The notes beneath the pieces were generated by a model that did no database searches, was not told where the DNA came from, and saw only the letters and a program-made list of their open reading frames with translations. Positions 9,501 through 18,750 of a DNA stretch of 30,401 nt are shown piece after piece. Source of the DNA: a virus (lineage: Duplodnaviria > Caudoviricetes); the IMG/VR virus record IMGVR_UViG_3300009167_000024, positions 1-30,401 of that record. One strand, 5' to 3'. Positions within the stretch are counted from its first letter, which is position 1; every line of letters begins with the position of its first letter. Made by a program: the position numbers and the translations under genes.

Positions 9501-12500
9501 GGCGATCTGATGCGCGGCCTGTTGCGCCGCCTCGTGAGCGAAGCCACGGTCCCGGTAGTAGCGGTAGGACTCCCTGAAGGCAGCGAGGTAGGCGGGTCGC
9601 CGGTTGACGTACTGGCTCAACTTGTCGCCCGAGAAGGCCATGATGCGGCGCGCCATGAAGCCGACGAAGCCGGTGATGGTGTCGGGGGTGTCATCGAAGA
9701 GGAAGCGAGCGTCCCAGTGGGACGTGACGGTGGGGGGCAGGCCGAGTCCTTCGACCTTGCCCTGCTCTTCCACGATCTGACGGATGGTGCTGGTGAAACT
9801 CGCCTCGTGCGCGGCGCGCATGTGGAACAGGTACTCGCTGTTGCCGATCTTGACCGTGACCGGCTCGTTGTTCATCAGGGCGTTGATGATGCGGATTTGC
9901 TCGTCGGCACCCTGGTTCTTCCATATCCACCCGAACAGGTAGTCGGTGTACTTGTCCACGATGTCGGTCAGGTACCACTCGGCCAGACGTTGAGGCCCGC
10001 CCTGGAGGATGTCGGCAGGAGCCTTCCCCTTGTCCACAGCGCGCTCGGCCACCCGACGTATGTTCCCGGCGATGTCGTCCCACCACGTCGAGGCAACCAG
10101 AGCCTCGGCACGCCACGGGCCTGCATCGCCGTGCCCGGCGATGGCGGCGAGGCGTCGGCCCAGCCCGAACTTGCCCACCACGGGGTCGTTGCCGAGTTGG
10201 TGCAGAGACCGGCCCAGGGCGGTGCCGTACCGCTTGGACTCGTCCACGGTCATGCCGAATCGGGTCAACTGGACGGGGAGGCTACCGGATGAGGTCACGT
10301 CCTCGATGTACCTCATGGCGAAGCCCTTGTTCATGATCTCGGTGATGTCGCCCCAGTCGAAGTCCATGTCGAGGCCCATCTCCTTGAGGCGGGCACGGGC
10401 GACACGGGACTTGCCGGTGCGCATAACGACACGACGGCTGACGCCCCTGGTGCCGTGGGCGAAGATGTCGGCGTTGGTCTCGTTGAGGAAGGAGTGCGTG
10501 ATGACGTGGGCGACACCGGCCTTGGCGCGAACGGCTGTGGTGAGGCTGTCCTTCCCGGCGTCGGTCAGGAGCCGGTCGATGTCGGGAACGACGAGGCGCG
10601 CCGCAGCCAGCACGTCCTCGGGAGTGGCCGTGTCTGGCAGACCCTTCCACATGTCGTTGAGGATGTCGTGGAGTAGTTTCTGGTTCTTCGCTTGCCAGGT
10701 GACGACCCGGCTGGTCAGGTACTCATCGAACCAGGAACTCAACATGCGGACTGGGTTGCGGGCGAAGGAGGGGAGGTCGTAGAAGGCTCCGCGGAACTGC
10801 TCTTCCAGAAGAACGCGCCCGGCCCAGGCGACGGGCCGCAGCGCCAACTGCGACACGGAGAAGACACCGTGGAACACGTTGTACGCCTTGCCGAGAGCGT
10901 GCGAGACCAGGGCGACCTTGCCCAGCCCGCCGAGGTCTCCCTTGTCGCTGCGCCAGACGGTAGCGTAGGCGAGAGCCAGGGCGTCCTCGTCGGTGAGACC
11001 GCCCAGGTCTACGATGCCTTCCTTCCGCATCCGTGCTATCTCGTTGCGATACTTGTTGGCGAGCGACTTGCGCCTGATGGCGGTCTCGCCCCACCCCATC
11101 AACCCGCGTTCGTAGCCCGGCATCTTCTTGTAGTTCTGCGTTTGCTTCCAGCGTCGCAGCGACCGGAAGAACTGCTCGTCGGGCAGAGCCACGAAGCGGG
11201 CGTTGTGGCTGGGGAACAGTGGCAGCGGGACATCCAACTTGCCCGCCCCGCGCCCGTAACCAAGACCCAGTTCCTCGATGCCGCCCATCTCGTCGCCCAC
11301 CGCGGCGTACAGACGGACGCCTTGCTTCTCGACGTACTCTACGAGATGGAACTTGAAGAGGGGGTGGTTGATCTCGTCGGACACGGCGATGACGGCGTTG
11401 CGCACCACGTCGTAGCGCTCTGCCACCGGGGAGTTGATGAACTCGTTGACCCAGCGGGTGATGAAGGATTCGGACGCCCCGCACTTGCGGAGGAAGATGC
11501 CGAGCGAGTGCCCGCCTTCGCCTCCCTTGAACAAGTCGAAGACCGGCTTGTAGCGGGGGTTGAAGAACATGGCCGACGCACGGCGTCGGAAGCCGCCCCA
11601 CCAACCCTGTGCGTCGTTGGAGGCGTGCGACCGCCACAGTCGCTTGCCACGGAGTTGGGGAACGTGGGTCGGGAAGTCCTTGACCCAAATGGTGCGGGAA
11701 CCACCAGCCTCGATGCGCTTGAAGAGCGCTTCTCGGTCCCGCCACTTCTGGAGAGCGGTCTGGTACATGCTGGACGGCGCTTCGGGGGCGGTCATGTGCT
11801 TGGCCCGCTGAAGCCTGCCCGCCCCACGGTTGGTGAGGAACCGGGCGTCGATGGTGGCATCCGAACCGGGGAGCATCCGAGAGATCAGGCGAATCTCGTC
11901 TGCGTCGGGAGCAATGGTGTCTGCGTAGCGAAGCAACAGAGCCACCATCTCGGGGTCGGCCAGGACACGCTGGAAGATGTCGTGCATCCTGGTGACGTGA
12001 GAGGGCGTCAACTGCGCCTCCAGGGTTTGCACCTGAAGGTCGCGGAGCGCCATGTGCAGCCGGGTGGGAGCCGACATCTGATCGTATCCGAAGGCGTTCC
12101 GGTTGATACCGGAGTCGCCCCTGGCCCACACATCGATTCCGTCTTCGGTGCGGTAGTGGTAGAAGTTCTGCCCACCGATACGCCTGGTCTCGTCCATATC
12201 GATGAGTGGGGTGCCCGGCTTGATGGCGAACACCCCGGTCGGACCACCGAGCATAACCTCATCGGTGCGCTCTACCCAACGCGTAGCGGTGCGCCGAGAG
12301 ATGCCGAAGTGGTCAGCGATAGCCTGGAGAGTGACGCCTTGCTGCCGCATGTACCAAGCGTTGACCCACTTGCGCTGGATGCCTTCGGGAACCATGGAGA
12401 GCATGGCATCCTGGATGGGCACCATGGAGCGACCGCGGAAGATGTGGAGATCGGCGGCACTCTCGACCGCCGAGGTTGCGGTGGGGACCGCGTGGTAGTC

Positions 12501-14432
12501 GGGGTGCCGAGCAAGCCACTCAAAGAGTTTCCCCATCCCTCGTGCGGCTGCGCCCGCGGCGACGCCTTGGACTACGCCTTCTCCGGTGACAGCAACCGCG
12601 TGCCAGTTGTGGGGAAGAACCACCACGGCTGAGTCGTCGTAGGCGGTGGGGGATGGCGGGTTGAAACGGATTGCCCCCTGCCCGGCTTCCCGTGCCTGCT
12701 GCTCGGGGTCGATGACGTGGAAGATGGCCCTGCCGGTGAGGTCTCCGCTGATGTCCGCTTCGCGGACGGCGGTGAGTCCCGTCGCTCCGCTGGCAAGACG
12801 ACCACGAGCGTAGGAGCCGATCATGAACTCCACACCATCGAAGCCGTCCACTTCCCCGACGAGCAGGTGCGGAGCCACCACCCCATCCTCGATGCCCTTG
12901 CGGACGATCTCTTGGTAGTCGGCAGCAGACGTGGCCCTGAGTCGGGCCAGGAACTCCATGCCCTCCACACCCTTCGCGCCTTGCGTGAACTGGCCCTTCG
13001 CGGCCAGCAGGTACGCCTGCTCTATCGCCTCGGGTGAGTCGCAGCGGGCGAGCATCTGCGATACGAACGTGTCGGCCAGGGGCCGAAGGTGGGGGTAGAA
13101 CTCCAGCAGCCGAGCGATGCCGCCCGAGCCGTGAAGGACTTCGTACATGTGCGTCCACACGCCGTTCGCTCGCGCCTGCTCCACGAACCACTCTTCGGGG
13201 TGTGCCCTGAGCGACCACATGAACCGTGCGGCCAGGTTGCGGGAGAAGCGCGGCAAGCGGGTGAAGCGGCGTCCGAAGATGGGAAGGAGAGCGCCTGCGG
13301 CGCGCAGGGCGCGGGGGATTGCCGCCAACTTGGGGGTGAGGGCAATCGTCCTCGACATCTTGGCACCGATGCCCCACCCGGCGAGAAGGTTGAGCGGGTC
13401 GAGGTAGATGTTGTTGAAGCCGTCGATGGCCCCGGAAGCGAGAGTCCAGGCAAACCCGTCACCGGGTTCCAGACCAAGCGACGTGGCGATGTTCTGGCCG
13501 ATGGAGAGTCCCTGCCGCCATTGCCACTCGTCGGGGTCTACGAGATGGCCCCCAATCCAGTTGATGCCACGGGCCACCATGAAGTGCGGGACGGACATCA
13601 TCGCGCCGAAGTTGGCGAAGCCGCCCATGTTCCCGACCCACTCCTGCTGCTGCTGGCGCGTCCACTGGTAGAACATGGTGAAGAACTGAGCGCGCTGGTT
13701 GGGGTCGCTGAGGTCGTGGTCGCCGTCGTTGAGGTACTGGTGAGCGAGGCTGAGTACGGCATCGCGGCGGTGGAACCCGAAGTCGTCCGTGGCGGGGATG
13801 GTGGCGAGCAGGGTCATCATCAACTGACGTTCATCCGAATGCCACATGTGGCGGGTCTCAGTGAAGAACTCTGCGACCAGCGGCGAGTCGGAGAGCGCCT
13901 GCTCGACATGCTCCTGGGCGTAGTCGGGAAGGTCGGGGATGAGCGCCTGCATCATGGCGATGGCTTCGCCGTTGTCCATGCCGATCTGCGACCGGGTGTA
14001 GGCGACCATCTCGGGCATGGCGAGCATGGCCCAACCGGAACGGATGAGGTCTCCGACGAGAACCGGGTTCTCGGCGTCGATCTGCTGCATGGTGAGCGCG
14101 ATCTCGCGGAAGGTCTGCTCCCCGTTGGAGGGGAGGGGAGCGGTGTACCAGACTGGGGAGTAGCCCTCTCCGAGCAGTTGCCTCGGGGTAGGCATCTGCA
14201 TGATGGCCGCTTGGGAGAGCGGCCTGGGCGGGCCTGAGTACACCGGGAGGTCGATGGCCGCTTCCTGGAGTCGTTCGTGTTCGGCCAGGAACTCCTGGCG
14301 CGGCTGAACCTCAGACTGGAGCGGCGTACCGGGCCGCTGGCCCATGACCCCAGCCTGGAGGATGGGCGCGGCTACGCGCGGAAGAGTCTCGGGCTGCTCT
14401 TCGGTGGGAGCGGGATGGGCGTCACGGGGCAT
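6561..14432 (-). CDS. Giant (~2,620 aa) polyvalent / internal virion protein with an embedded HTH and a LysM-like domain
   Basis: Uninterrupted ORF; start moved to ATG 14432 (MPRD) behind GGAGGGG. HTH GVTLQAIADHFGISRRTATRWV at ~12270-12345; LysM-like GETVAELAARWNTTPSAVYAIN...LKIP at ~8724-8915. Confidence 0.75.
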   Translation of the reverse strand: MPRDAHPAPTEEQPETLPRVAAPILQAGVMGQRPGTPLQSEVQPRQEFLAEHERLQEAAIDLPVYSGPPRPLSQAAIMQMPTPRQLLGEGYSPVWYTAPLPSNGEQTFREIALTMQQIDAENPVLVGDLIRSGWAMLAMPEMVAYTRSQIGMDNGEAIAMMQALIPDLPDYAQEHVEQALSDSPLVAEFFTETRHMWHSDERQLMMTLLATIPATDDFGFHRRDAVLSLAHQYLNDGDHDLSDPNQRAQFFTMFYQWTRQQQQEWVGNMGGFANFGAMMSVPHFMVARGINWIGGHLVDPDEWQWRQGLSIGQNIATSLGLEPGDGFAWTLASGAIDGFNNIYLDPLNLLAGWGIGAKMSRTIALTPKLAAIPRALRAAGALLPIFGRRFTRLPRFSRNLAARFMWSLRAHPEEWFVEQARANGVWTHMYEVLHGSGGIARLLEFYPHLRPLADTFVSQMLARCDSPEAIEQAYLLAAKGQFTQGAKGVEGMEFLARLRATSAADYQEIVRKGIEDGVVAPHLLVGEVDGFDGVEFMIGSYARGRLASGATGLTAVREADISGDLTGRAIFHVIDPEQQAREAGQGAIRFNPPSPTAYDDSAVVVLPHNWHAVAVTGEGVVQGVAAGAAARGMGKLFEWLARHPDYHAVPTATSAVESAADLHIFRGRSMVPIQDAMLSMVPEGIQRKWVNAWYMRQQGVTLQAIADHFGISRRTATRWVERTDEVMLGGPTGVFAIKPGTPLIDMDETRRIGGQNFYHYRTEDGIDVWARGDSGINRNAFGYDQMSAPTRLHMALRDLQVQTLEAQLTPSHVTRMHDIFQRVLADPEMVALLLRYADTIAPDADEIRLISRMLPGSDATIDARFLTNRGAGRLQRAKHMTAPEAPSSMYQTALQKWRDREALFKRIEAGGSRTIWVKDFPTHVPQLRGKRLWRSHASNDAQGWWGGFRRRASAMFFNPRYKPVFDLFKGGEGGHSLGIFLRKCGASESFITRWVNEFINSPVAERYDVVRNAVIAVSDEINHPLFKFHLVEYVEKQGVRLYAAVGDEMGGIEELGLGYGRGAGKLDVPLPLFPSHNARFVALPDEQFFRSLRRWKQTQNYKKMPGYERGLMGWGETAIRRKSLANKYRNEIARMRKEGIVDLGGLTDEDALALAYATVWRSDKGDLGGLGKVALVSHALGKAYNVFHGVFSVSQLALRPVAWAGRVLLEEQFRGAFYDLPSFARNPVRMLSSWFDEYLTSRVVTWQAKNQKLLHDILNDMWKGLPDTATPEDVLAAARLVVPDIDRLLTDAGKDSLTTAVRAKAGVAHVITHSFLNETNADIFAHGTRGVSRRVVMRTGKSRVARARLKEMGLDMDFDWGDITEIMNKGFAMRYIEDVTSSGSLPVQLTRFGMTVDESKRYGTALGRSLHQLGNDPVVGKFGLGRRLAAIAGHGDAGPWRAEALVASTWWDDIAGNIRRVAERAVDKGKAPADILQGGPQRLAEWYLTDIVDKYTDYLFGWIWKNQGADEQIRIINALMNNEPVTVKIGNSEYLFHMRAAHEASFTSTIRQIVEEQGKVEGLGLPPTVTSHWDARFLFDDTPDTITGFVGFMARRIMAFSGDKLSQYVNRRPAYLAAFRESYRYYRDRGFAHEAAQQAAHQIAAEKVNHVFYNMDNAVPFLRAFNKVSPFFTAWWEVAQTWAYKIPSLMGWGIGVPVMIRKVDRFVRALVNMGLIEFDAEPDPNSPLRTRQMRMRLDPRSNTGNVFGDVMSKTLFHMIATPATVVQHLCNVRNILGNPFAYDEGPGKDVWYLNLGKPTDPFSHGLMAVNQAYLGLNPLGTWVASNILNRIPFAVDYDRGDSVEGETVAELAARWNTTPSAVYAINRGAFEEAFGRETARLLFAGEVSPDTVIPNVMTGLKIPDSSLIEQIIDPFFFPFGREDTMAGLFFDILPGWTQYVLRGWGLHGGSSQGIEPGDDLPESGFLSFMATPETRAGISGEILVQMQHLEAEEGLMTKTIEAWAVVGRLMDEYESTIGIEVNGTTITVAHPDQPGGRAFQLALDEAQRLEGELLSRAMKNAGGALIMRGITGFVAPAIPRMLYHEQEVAAAYHQARQLAQADPENFDMEGYMLPALSGDDEQARQDMQAFNNMLATWFQEPERGSFAKHYLSTRYPEILPFIMGKTYWGPNGEAPDTQTIDQYSDDLRAGIRKPYPPHVFLQRYARSANSFSREVAIVQRYGNDPVVAASRIVQNYQSYRDYVAPFGVFTDVMDYADDFFNQGAYLDHVERNREENATLITELERRLNMDIETLEDWSLNADEVLSMSTSERQEFVGKMRAIIVQVRQGIQSWRDAYLEEEITNPRQAALAAYFDDYVGAYYDGLGALFDRLDTVHDSEERSALYDEIRNYQNGEGMKPVTIEGVAFPSVLEWWWSAKTTEEQETQLYKWVGTKPEWLNVFAAQRLADRAPEAAQYLPTTIEQAEVYNAYNHLRNMWGDAIEPNWVTGELSEYTQTQANSVSSTLQDALSLWLIQNGRGGEAVWRELLPIQRLSVLNMLPTSLRQYLPAINMVVESLSSMEKTPESTAGDQLFSLIYMQIMRDMQNNPQIGTDLVFLGERMFDEVDYDAIFPQLFQGAFIGEI

Positions 14433-14970
14433 ACTGTCCCCCTCCGAACTGCGCCTCGACCAGATCATCGGCTTCTTGCATGTCGATGAACTGGTTGTCT
14501 TGGACGGTCGGGCCGGTCAGCATGTTGTGGAGCCTGGTGATGTAGGCGCTGACCAACGTGCCCGACGCGCCAGGGGATGAGGCGAGCCGTTCTAGGAGGG
14601 GAAGCCATGCCCGGTAGTCGTGGCGGGACTGTCCGACGACGCCGCCCTTCGGCCCCGAGTAGGTGCCGCCGATACGCTGGGCGAGGAAGGAGATGGGGTC
14701 GCCGGGGATGCCGCCTTCGACGCCTCCCCGCATGGAGGCTTCACGTTGCGCCTGCCTGCGTTCAGCGCGGGCCGGGGGCTGCGTCCGCTTGATCGGCTGG
14801 ACACGCTGCCCCTGCTCCAACGCCTGCACATCGCCTTGCTGAAGATCGGAGCCTTGGAGGAAGGGGACGTTGCGCCGCTCCAGATCGTGACGCTTGGAGT
14901 TGCGCCCGATGCCCGGTGCTTGGGCGGGCCTGTTCTGTGGGGGGATTCGACCGCCTGTGCGCCTAGCCAT
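14422..14970 (-). CDS. Hypothetical protein downstream of portal (basic N-terminus)
   Basis: 182-aa ORF fills the portal-to-giant-gene gap, with a 3-nt gap on one side and a short overlap on the other. Confidence 0.65.
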   Translation of the reverse strand: MARRTGGRIPPQNRPAQAPGIGRNSKRHDLERRNVPFLQGSDLQQGDVQALEQGQRVQPIKRTQPPARAERRQAQREASMRGGVEGGIPGDPISFLAQRIGGTYSGPKGGVVGQSRHDYRAWLPLLERLASSPGASGTLVSAYITRLHNMLTGPTVQDNQFIDMQEADDLVEAQFGGGQYAP

Positions 14971-14973
14971 GGA

Positions 14974-16665
14974 CTACACCCCCAAGGTGGAGAGCGGGGG
15001 TACGCCCTGCAACGGGGCTTCCTCTTCGGGCACCATCCCCTCTTCGGGGGCGGGCGGGGTCGTCAGGGCTTCGGCCCCGCCCTGCTGAGTTGCCTGCGTT
15101 GCCTGTGCCCTGATCTCGTCCTCGTACTCCAAGATCATGTCGTTGAGCGGCTTGCCCTTCTTCGCCATGGCCTCTCGCAACTTGGCGATGAGAACCACGT
15201 CGAGCGCGCCCTGCTGGGCTTGAGCGAGGAATGCGGCCTGGGTCGCATCGTCCAGCGACTCCAGTTCGATCTCCCGCATCTTCTCGTCCACGTCGCTGAC
15301 GCCGGGCATCTCTTCGATGGCCCCACGCCGGGACTGGAGGCGGGCATCCTTGGCCTGAAGTTGCATGAGGAAGCCCTGGTAGCCACCGAGTCCGAACCCG
15401 TAGTCCACGTTGACCTTGTAGTGACCGGCGATGTCCTTGGTCGGGGTGTACTCGTCGGTGTAGGAGCGGCCCTTGCGGGAACCGACGATGACCTTGGGGG
15501 TGTCGGGCCACAACTTCTCGTCCATCCGGTAGCAGGCTTCCAGGGTGTGCTGGATGGTGACGCCCATGATGTCCCACATGCGCCCGATCACCGTATCGAT
15601 GGCTTCGGCCAACTGCTCCAGCGTCTTCGCAGACGTGTAGGTGCCCTTGGTCTGGATTTCGCCCTGCCGCACTTCGGGGTTGCGGTTGAGGATGCGGGAG
15701 AAGCGCTCCAGAATCTCCAGGTCGCGGTCGGCCTGCAACTGGACGGGCGGGGCGATCTGCCCCATCTCGCCCTGCGGCCCCAACTTGTTGAGGACGTGGG
15801 GGCCGATGCGAATGGTTCCCTGATGGCCCCGAACCCACATCAGCGGGTACACCACCCGGTCTCCGAACGCCAACTTCTGAGTGAGGATTCGGCTCACCGC
15901 GACCATCAGGGAGAGTTGGTCTTGGAACTGACCGAGATGCGCCTGGTTGGGGGAGAAGGTGTTGCCGTAGGTGGCGGGGCAGAAGCCGAGGCCATGTTCG
16001 GTACGCTTGACTGTGCCCCCATCCGAACAAACGACCCACTGTTCGCCGTCGATGTACTCCAGGATGCGCACGTCATCCTCGATGCGACCGCTCTCGTTGG
16101 TCTTGGCGGCGAGGCCCATCTCCCCTGCGGTCTTGGAGTCGATGGTGTAGTCGTAGATGATGTCTTCCAGAGTGATGATCTGGTTGCGCACCTTCTTGGA
16201 CGCCTTGGGGTGTGCGGTGCGGGGGTCGCGAATGGTGATGACGGGCTGGCGGCGCTCGGTGTCTGGCACGACCAACAGGCTCATTGCACCGAGACCCACC
16301 AAGTCCCAGCCCGCCATCCACATCAGAATCTTGCCTGACGGCTCGGCGTTGCGGAGGTAGTTGAAGCCGACCCGCTCCAACATGCCCGCCCGCTTCTGCT
16401 CGCGGTCGGTGAGGTTGCGGGTGTCGGCGCGCAGATCGGGGAGCCGCCCCACCGAAGTCGCCAGATCGTCCCATGCGAGGCGAATGAGGTTGACGATGTG
16501 ACGCTCTTCGTTACCAGGGAAGTAGCGGTCGTACTTGGACGGCAAGTTGCCTTCGTACACGGACGCCATCTCGTCCATGTCGTTCAGCATCTTGGCATCC
16601 TTTCGGGCCTCTACTTCCTCGGCCAGAAGGTCGAAGGTAGAAGTGGTCAAGGAGTACCCCCACAC
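14974..16665 (-). CDS. Portal protein
   Basis: 563 aa directly downstream of the terminase; helical portal-like organisation (VNLIRLA, EHGLGFCP, R.GE.....TSA) and an acidic Pro-rich tail. Confidence 0.8.
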   Translation of the reverse strand: MWGYSLTTSTFDLLAEEVEARKDAKMLNDMDEMASVYEGNLPSKYDRYFPGNEERHIVNLIRLAWDDLATSVGRLPDLRADTRNLTDREQKRAGMLERVGFNYLRNAEPSGKILMWMAGWDLVGLGAMSLLVVPDTERRQPVITIRDPRTAHPKASKKVRNQIITLEDIIYDYTIDSKTAGEMGLAAKTNESGRIEDDVRILEYIDGEQWVVCSDGGTVKRTEHGLGFCPATYGNTFSPNQAHLGQFQDQLSLMVAVSRILTQKLAFGDRVVYPLMWVRGHQGTIRIGPHVLNKLGPQGEMGQIAPPVQLQADRDLEILERFSRILNRNPEVRQGEIQTKGTYTSAKTLEQLAEAIDTVIGRMWDIMGVTIQHTLEACYRMDEKLWPDTPKVIVGSRKGRSYTDEYTPTKDIAGHYKVNVDYGFGLGGYQGFLMQLQAKDARLQSRRGAIEEMPGVSDVDEKMREIELESLDDATQAAFLAQAQQGALDVVLIAKLREAMAKKGKPLNDMILEYEDEIRAQATQATQQGGAEALTTPPAPEEGMVPEEEAPLQGVPPLSTLGV

Positions 16666-16671
16666 AGCGCG

Positions 16672-18663
16672 CTATTCAACCTCAACGGAACCGTCCCCAT
16701 CTCCCTCATATTCCCAAACCTCGTCCAACTCCGACAAGTCGATGGTCACTTCCTGCTCCTTGAGGAAGAGCGGCAGGTTCTCCCAACCGGGCATGTGTTC
16801 GGGCGTGGCGGTGCGCAACTCTTCGATCATGTCGATGACGGAGAGGTAGGCGAGCCACAGCGACATGATGCGGTCGTTGGGCCTGCGGGGGAAGCGAACC
16901 ATCTGTGTGAGCAGGGGTTCCATCGCTTGCCGGTCCTGCGGATACTGGAAGGGGACGGAGAGGCGACCGCTCTCGGAGAAGCGGGCGAGCATGGGGATGC
17001 CGAGGTCGTAGTCCCACTTGCGCTCGTCGGTCGTCCACTCGTCCACCATGAAGCCGAGGCGCAGGGATTCCTCGGTGAGCCGCTGGTCTCGGGCGAGGGC
17101 GCGCTGGTAGGCGTTGGCCTCGACCCGCACCCGCTTGGGCCGGTACATGGCGGCGTAGCGGGCGATCTCCCCGGTGTGAAGTTCGGGGGAGAGCAGACGG
17201 CTCCACGACTCTTCGACGTAGAGGCGCATACAGTGTCGGCAACCGGCGAGGACGGTGAGGGCGGTTTCGGAAGACTCTGCCGAGTCGCTGCCACCGGGGT
17301 CGAAGCCGATGGCCCGCAGCAGCGGGTCTCCGCTCTGGCAGCAGCCGTCCTTGCGCCCGATGCTGCGCCGGTAGTCCAGCACGCCGGGGGACTCGCCGGG
17401 GCCGAGGTCGCGGTAGCGCTTGGCTACCGGGTCGTAGGTCGGCTCGGGGAAGCGGGCGCGGACGACGACTTCGCGGAAGGTCTGGATGCGCCCTTCCAGC
17501 GGCTCCTGGTTGTAGCAGACCATGAACATGATGTCGCCCAGGGTGCGGCGCATCTCTTCCAGGAACCAGTAGGGCCGCTCTTCGGCCCACAGCATACAGT
17601 GGACGCCGTGCCGCTGCTCATCGATCACCCCCGGCAGGCACTTGGAGAGATCGTGAGCCTTCATCTTGAGGAAGTGGATGGGGGTCTCCAGGCTCCCCGA
17701 CTCCATCTCGGAGTAGGCGTCCCCGTAGGGGGACGGCTGGTGGGAGCCGATGCCGAGTACCGGCGTCCACGGTTCGCGTCGGGTCATCAACTGCGACTTG
17801 ACCCACCGCACGTCGCGGGCGGTCTGTGCCGGGGACTCTGCGGAACGGATGTCGATGAAGTCGTCCACGATGATGATGTCGGCGTCACGGGACAGCACCG
17901 TGCTGCCCTTGCCGACCGGCTTCAGGGTGGGGGACCGGATGACCTGGGTACGACCGGCGACCACCAGGCCGTCCTTCGACCACTGGTTCGCGGACTGGAA
18001 GGGGCCGTACCACTCGACCAGGCGCTCGTTGGATTCCAACTCCATCTTGATGTACTCGACGCCCAACTCGGAGAGGTCGAGGGAGCCGCCGCACCAGAGG
18101 ATTCGGATGTTGGGGTTGTAGCACATGAGCCAGATCATCGCGTGCAGGAAGAGGTCGGTCTTGCCGTGCCGTGGGGGTGCGAGTATCCACACGGTCATCA
18201 GCCGGTCCATGTTGTTCTTCCAGTCGCCCAGTCCCCACTCGGACACGTCCACGTCGCAGGTGTCGTGGAAGTAGGTGACGACCCACTCGGGGAGGTCGAT
18301 CTTCAGAGCGAGGCTGACGACGAGCCAGAACCATGCGAACTGGTGGCGGGGGGTGGAGTAGGGCTTGCCGTTGGGGGCAAGGAAGAACATGGAGCGCCAG
18401 GTCGGGAAGTTCTCGGGCCTCAGCAGTTCGGTGGCTTCTGCCGAGCGTTCGGTGACGCCGACCCGCTGCTCCAGCCAGGCGAAGTCGTTCTTGATCGTTG
18501 CCGGGGAGGGGGTCTTGTCGAGATCGAAGTGGCCTTGCACGTCGAGAGCCATGTCGCGCAAGGAGAAGCCGCCCTTCTCGTGGCGGCGGTAGCGATGCTC
18601 CTGGGAGCGCAGGTACGCCCGGCGTGCCTGGGTCGAGTAGAATGGTGCGTTGCTTACTGTCAC
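16672..18663 (-). CDS. terL: Terminase large subunit with an N-terminal extension
   Basis: Walker A APPRHGKT, Walker B IIIVDD, YNQEP linker, RNase H-like nuclease GFDPGG, C-terminal FP...ND..M.LW. Confidence 0.93.
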   Translation of the reverse strand: MTVSNAPFYSTQARRAYLRSQEHRYRRHEKGGFSLRDMALDVQGHFDLDKTPSPATIKNDFAWLEQRVGVTERSAEATELLRPENFPTWRSMFFLAPNGKPYSTPRHQFAWFWLVVSLALKIDLPEWVVTYFHDTCDVDVSEWGLGDWKNNMDRLMTVWILAPPRHGKTDLFLHAMIWLMCYNPNIRILWCGGSLDLSELGVEYIKMELESNERLVEWYGPFQSANQWSKDGLVVAGRTQVIRSPTLKPVGKGSTVLSRDADIIIVDDFIDIRSAESPAQTARDVRWVKSQLMTRREPWTPVLGIGSHQPSPYGDAYSEMESGSLETPIHFLKMKAHDLSKCLPGVIDEQRHGVHCMLWAEERPYWFLEEMRRTLGDIMFMVCYNQEPLEGRIQTFREVVVRARFPEPTYDPVAKRYRDLGPGESPGVLDYRRSIGRKDGCCQSGDPLLRAIGFDPGGSDSAESSETALTVLAGCRHCMRLYVEESWSRLLSPELHTGEIARYAAMYRPKRVRVEANAYQRALARDQRLTEESLRLGFMVDEWTTDERKWDYDLGIPMLARFSESGRLSVPFQYPQDRQAMEPLLTQMVRFPRRPNDRIMSLWLAYLSVIDMIEELRTATPEHMPGWENLPLFLKEQEVTIDLSELDEVWEYEGDGDGSVEVE

Positions 18664-18700
18664 GATGACGCTTACTTATCGACTAACCGACATTAGGGAA

Positions 18701-18720
18701 GGGGGCGCTGTTGCGCCCCC
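18701..18720 (-). terminator. GC hairpin between holin and terminase
   Basis: Minus strand GGGGGCGC-AACA-GCGCCCCC followed by TTCCCT (weak U-tract). Confidence 0.4.
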
Positions 18721-18750
18721 GACCCCTCATAGCCCCGCAGTTGGGGCCGA

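Noticed and set aside
10347-10370. DMDFDWGD in the giant protein as a possible two-barrel RNA polymerase DxDxD motif
   Set aside because: Not the DFDGD consensus, and I could not see the other double-psi barrel motifs; structure prediction would be needed.
204-18696. Long plus-strand ORFs (e.g. 5218-6555, 6552-8276, 8292-10292, 10692-12632, 14620-16338, 16498-18696)
   Set aside because: They are antisense shadows of the real minus-strand genes, expected from high-GC3 codon bias, and show no recognisable motifs.
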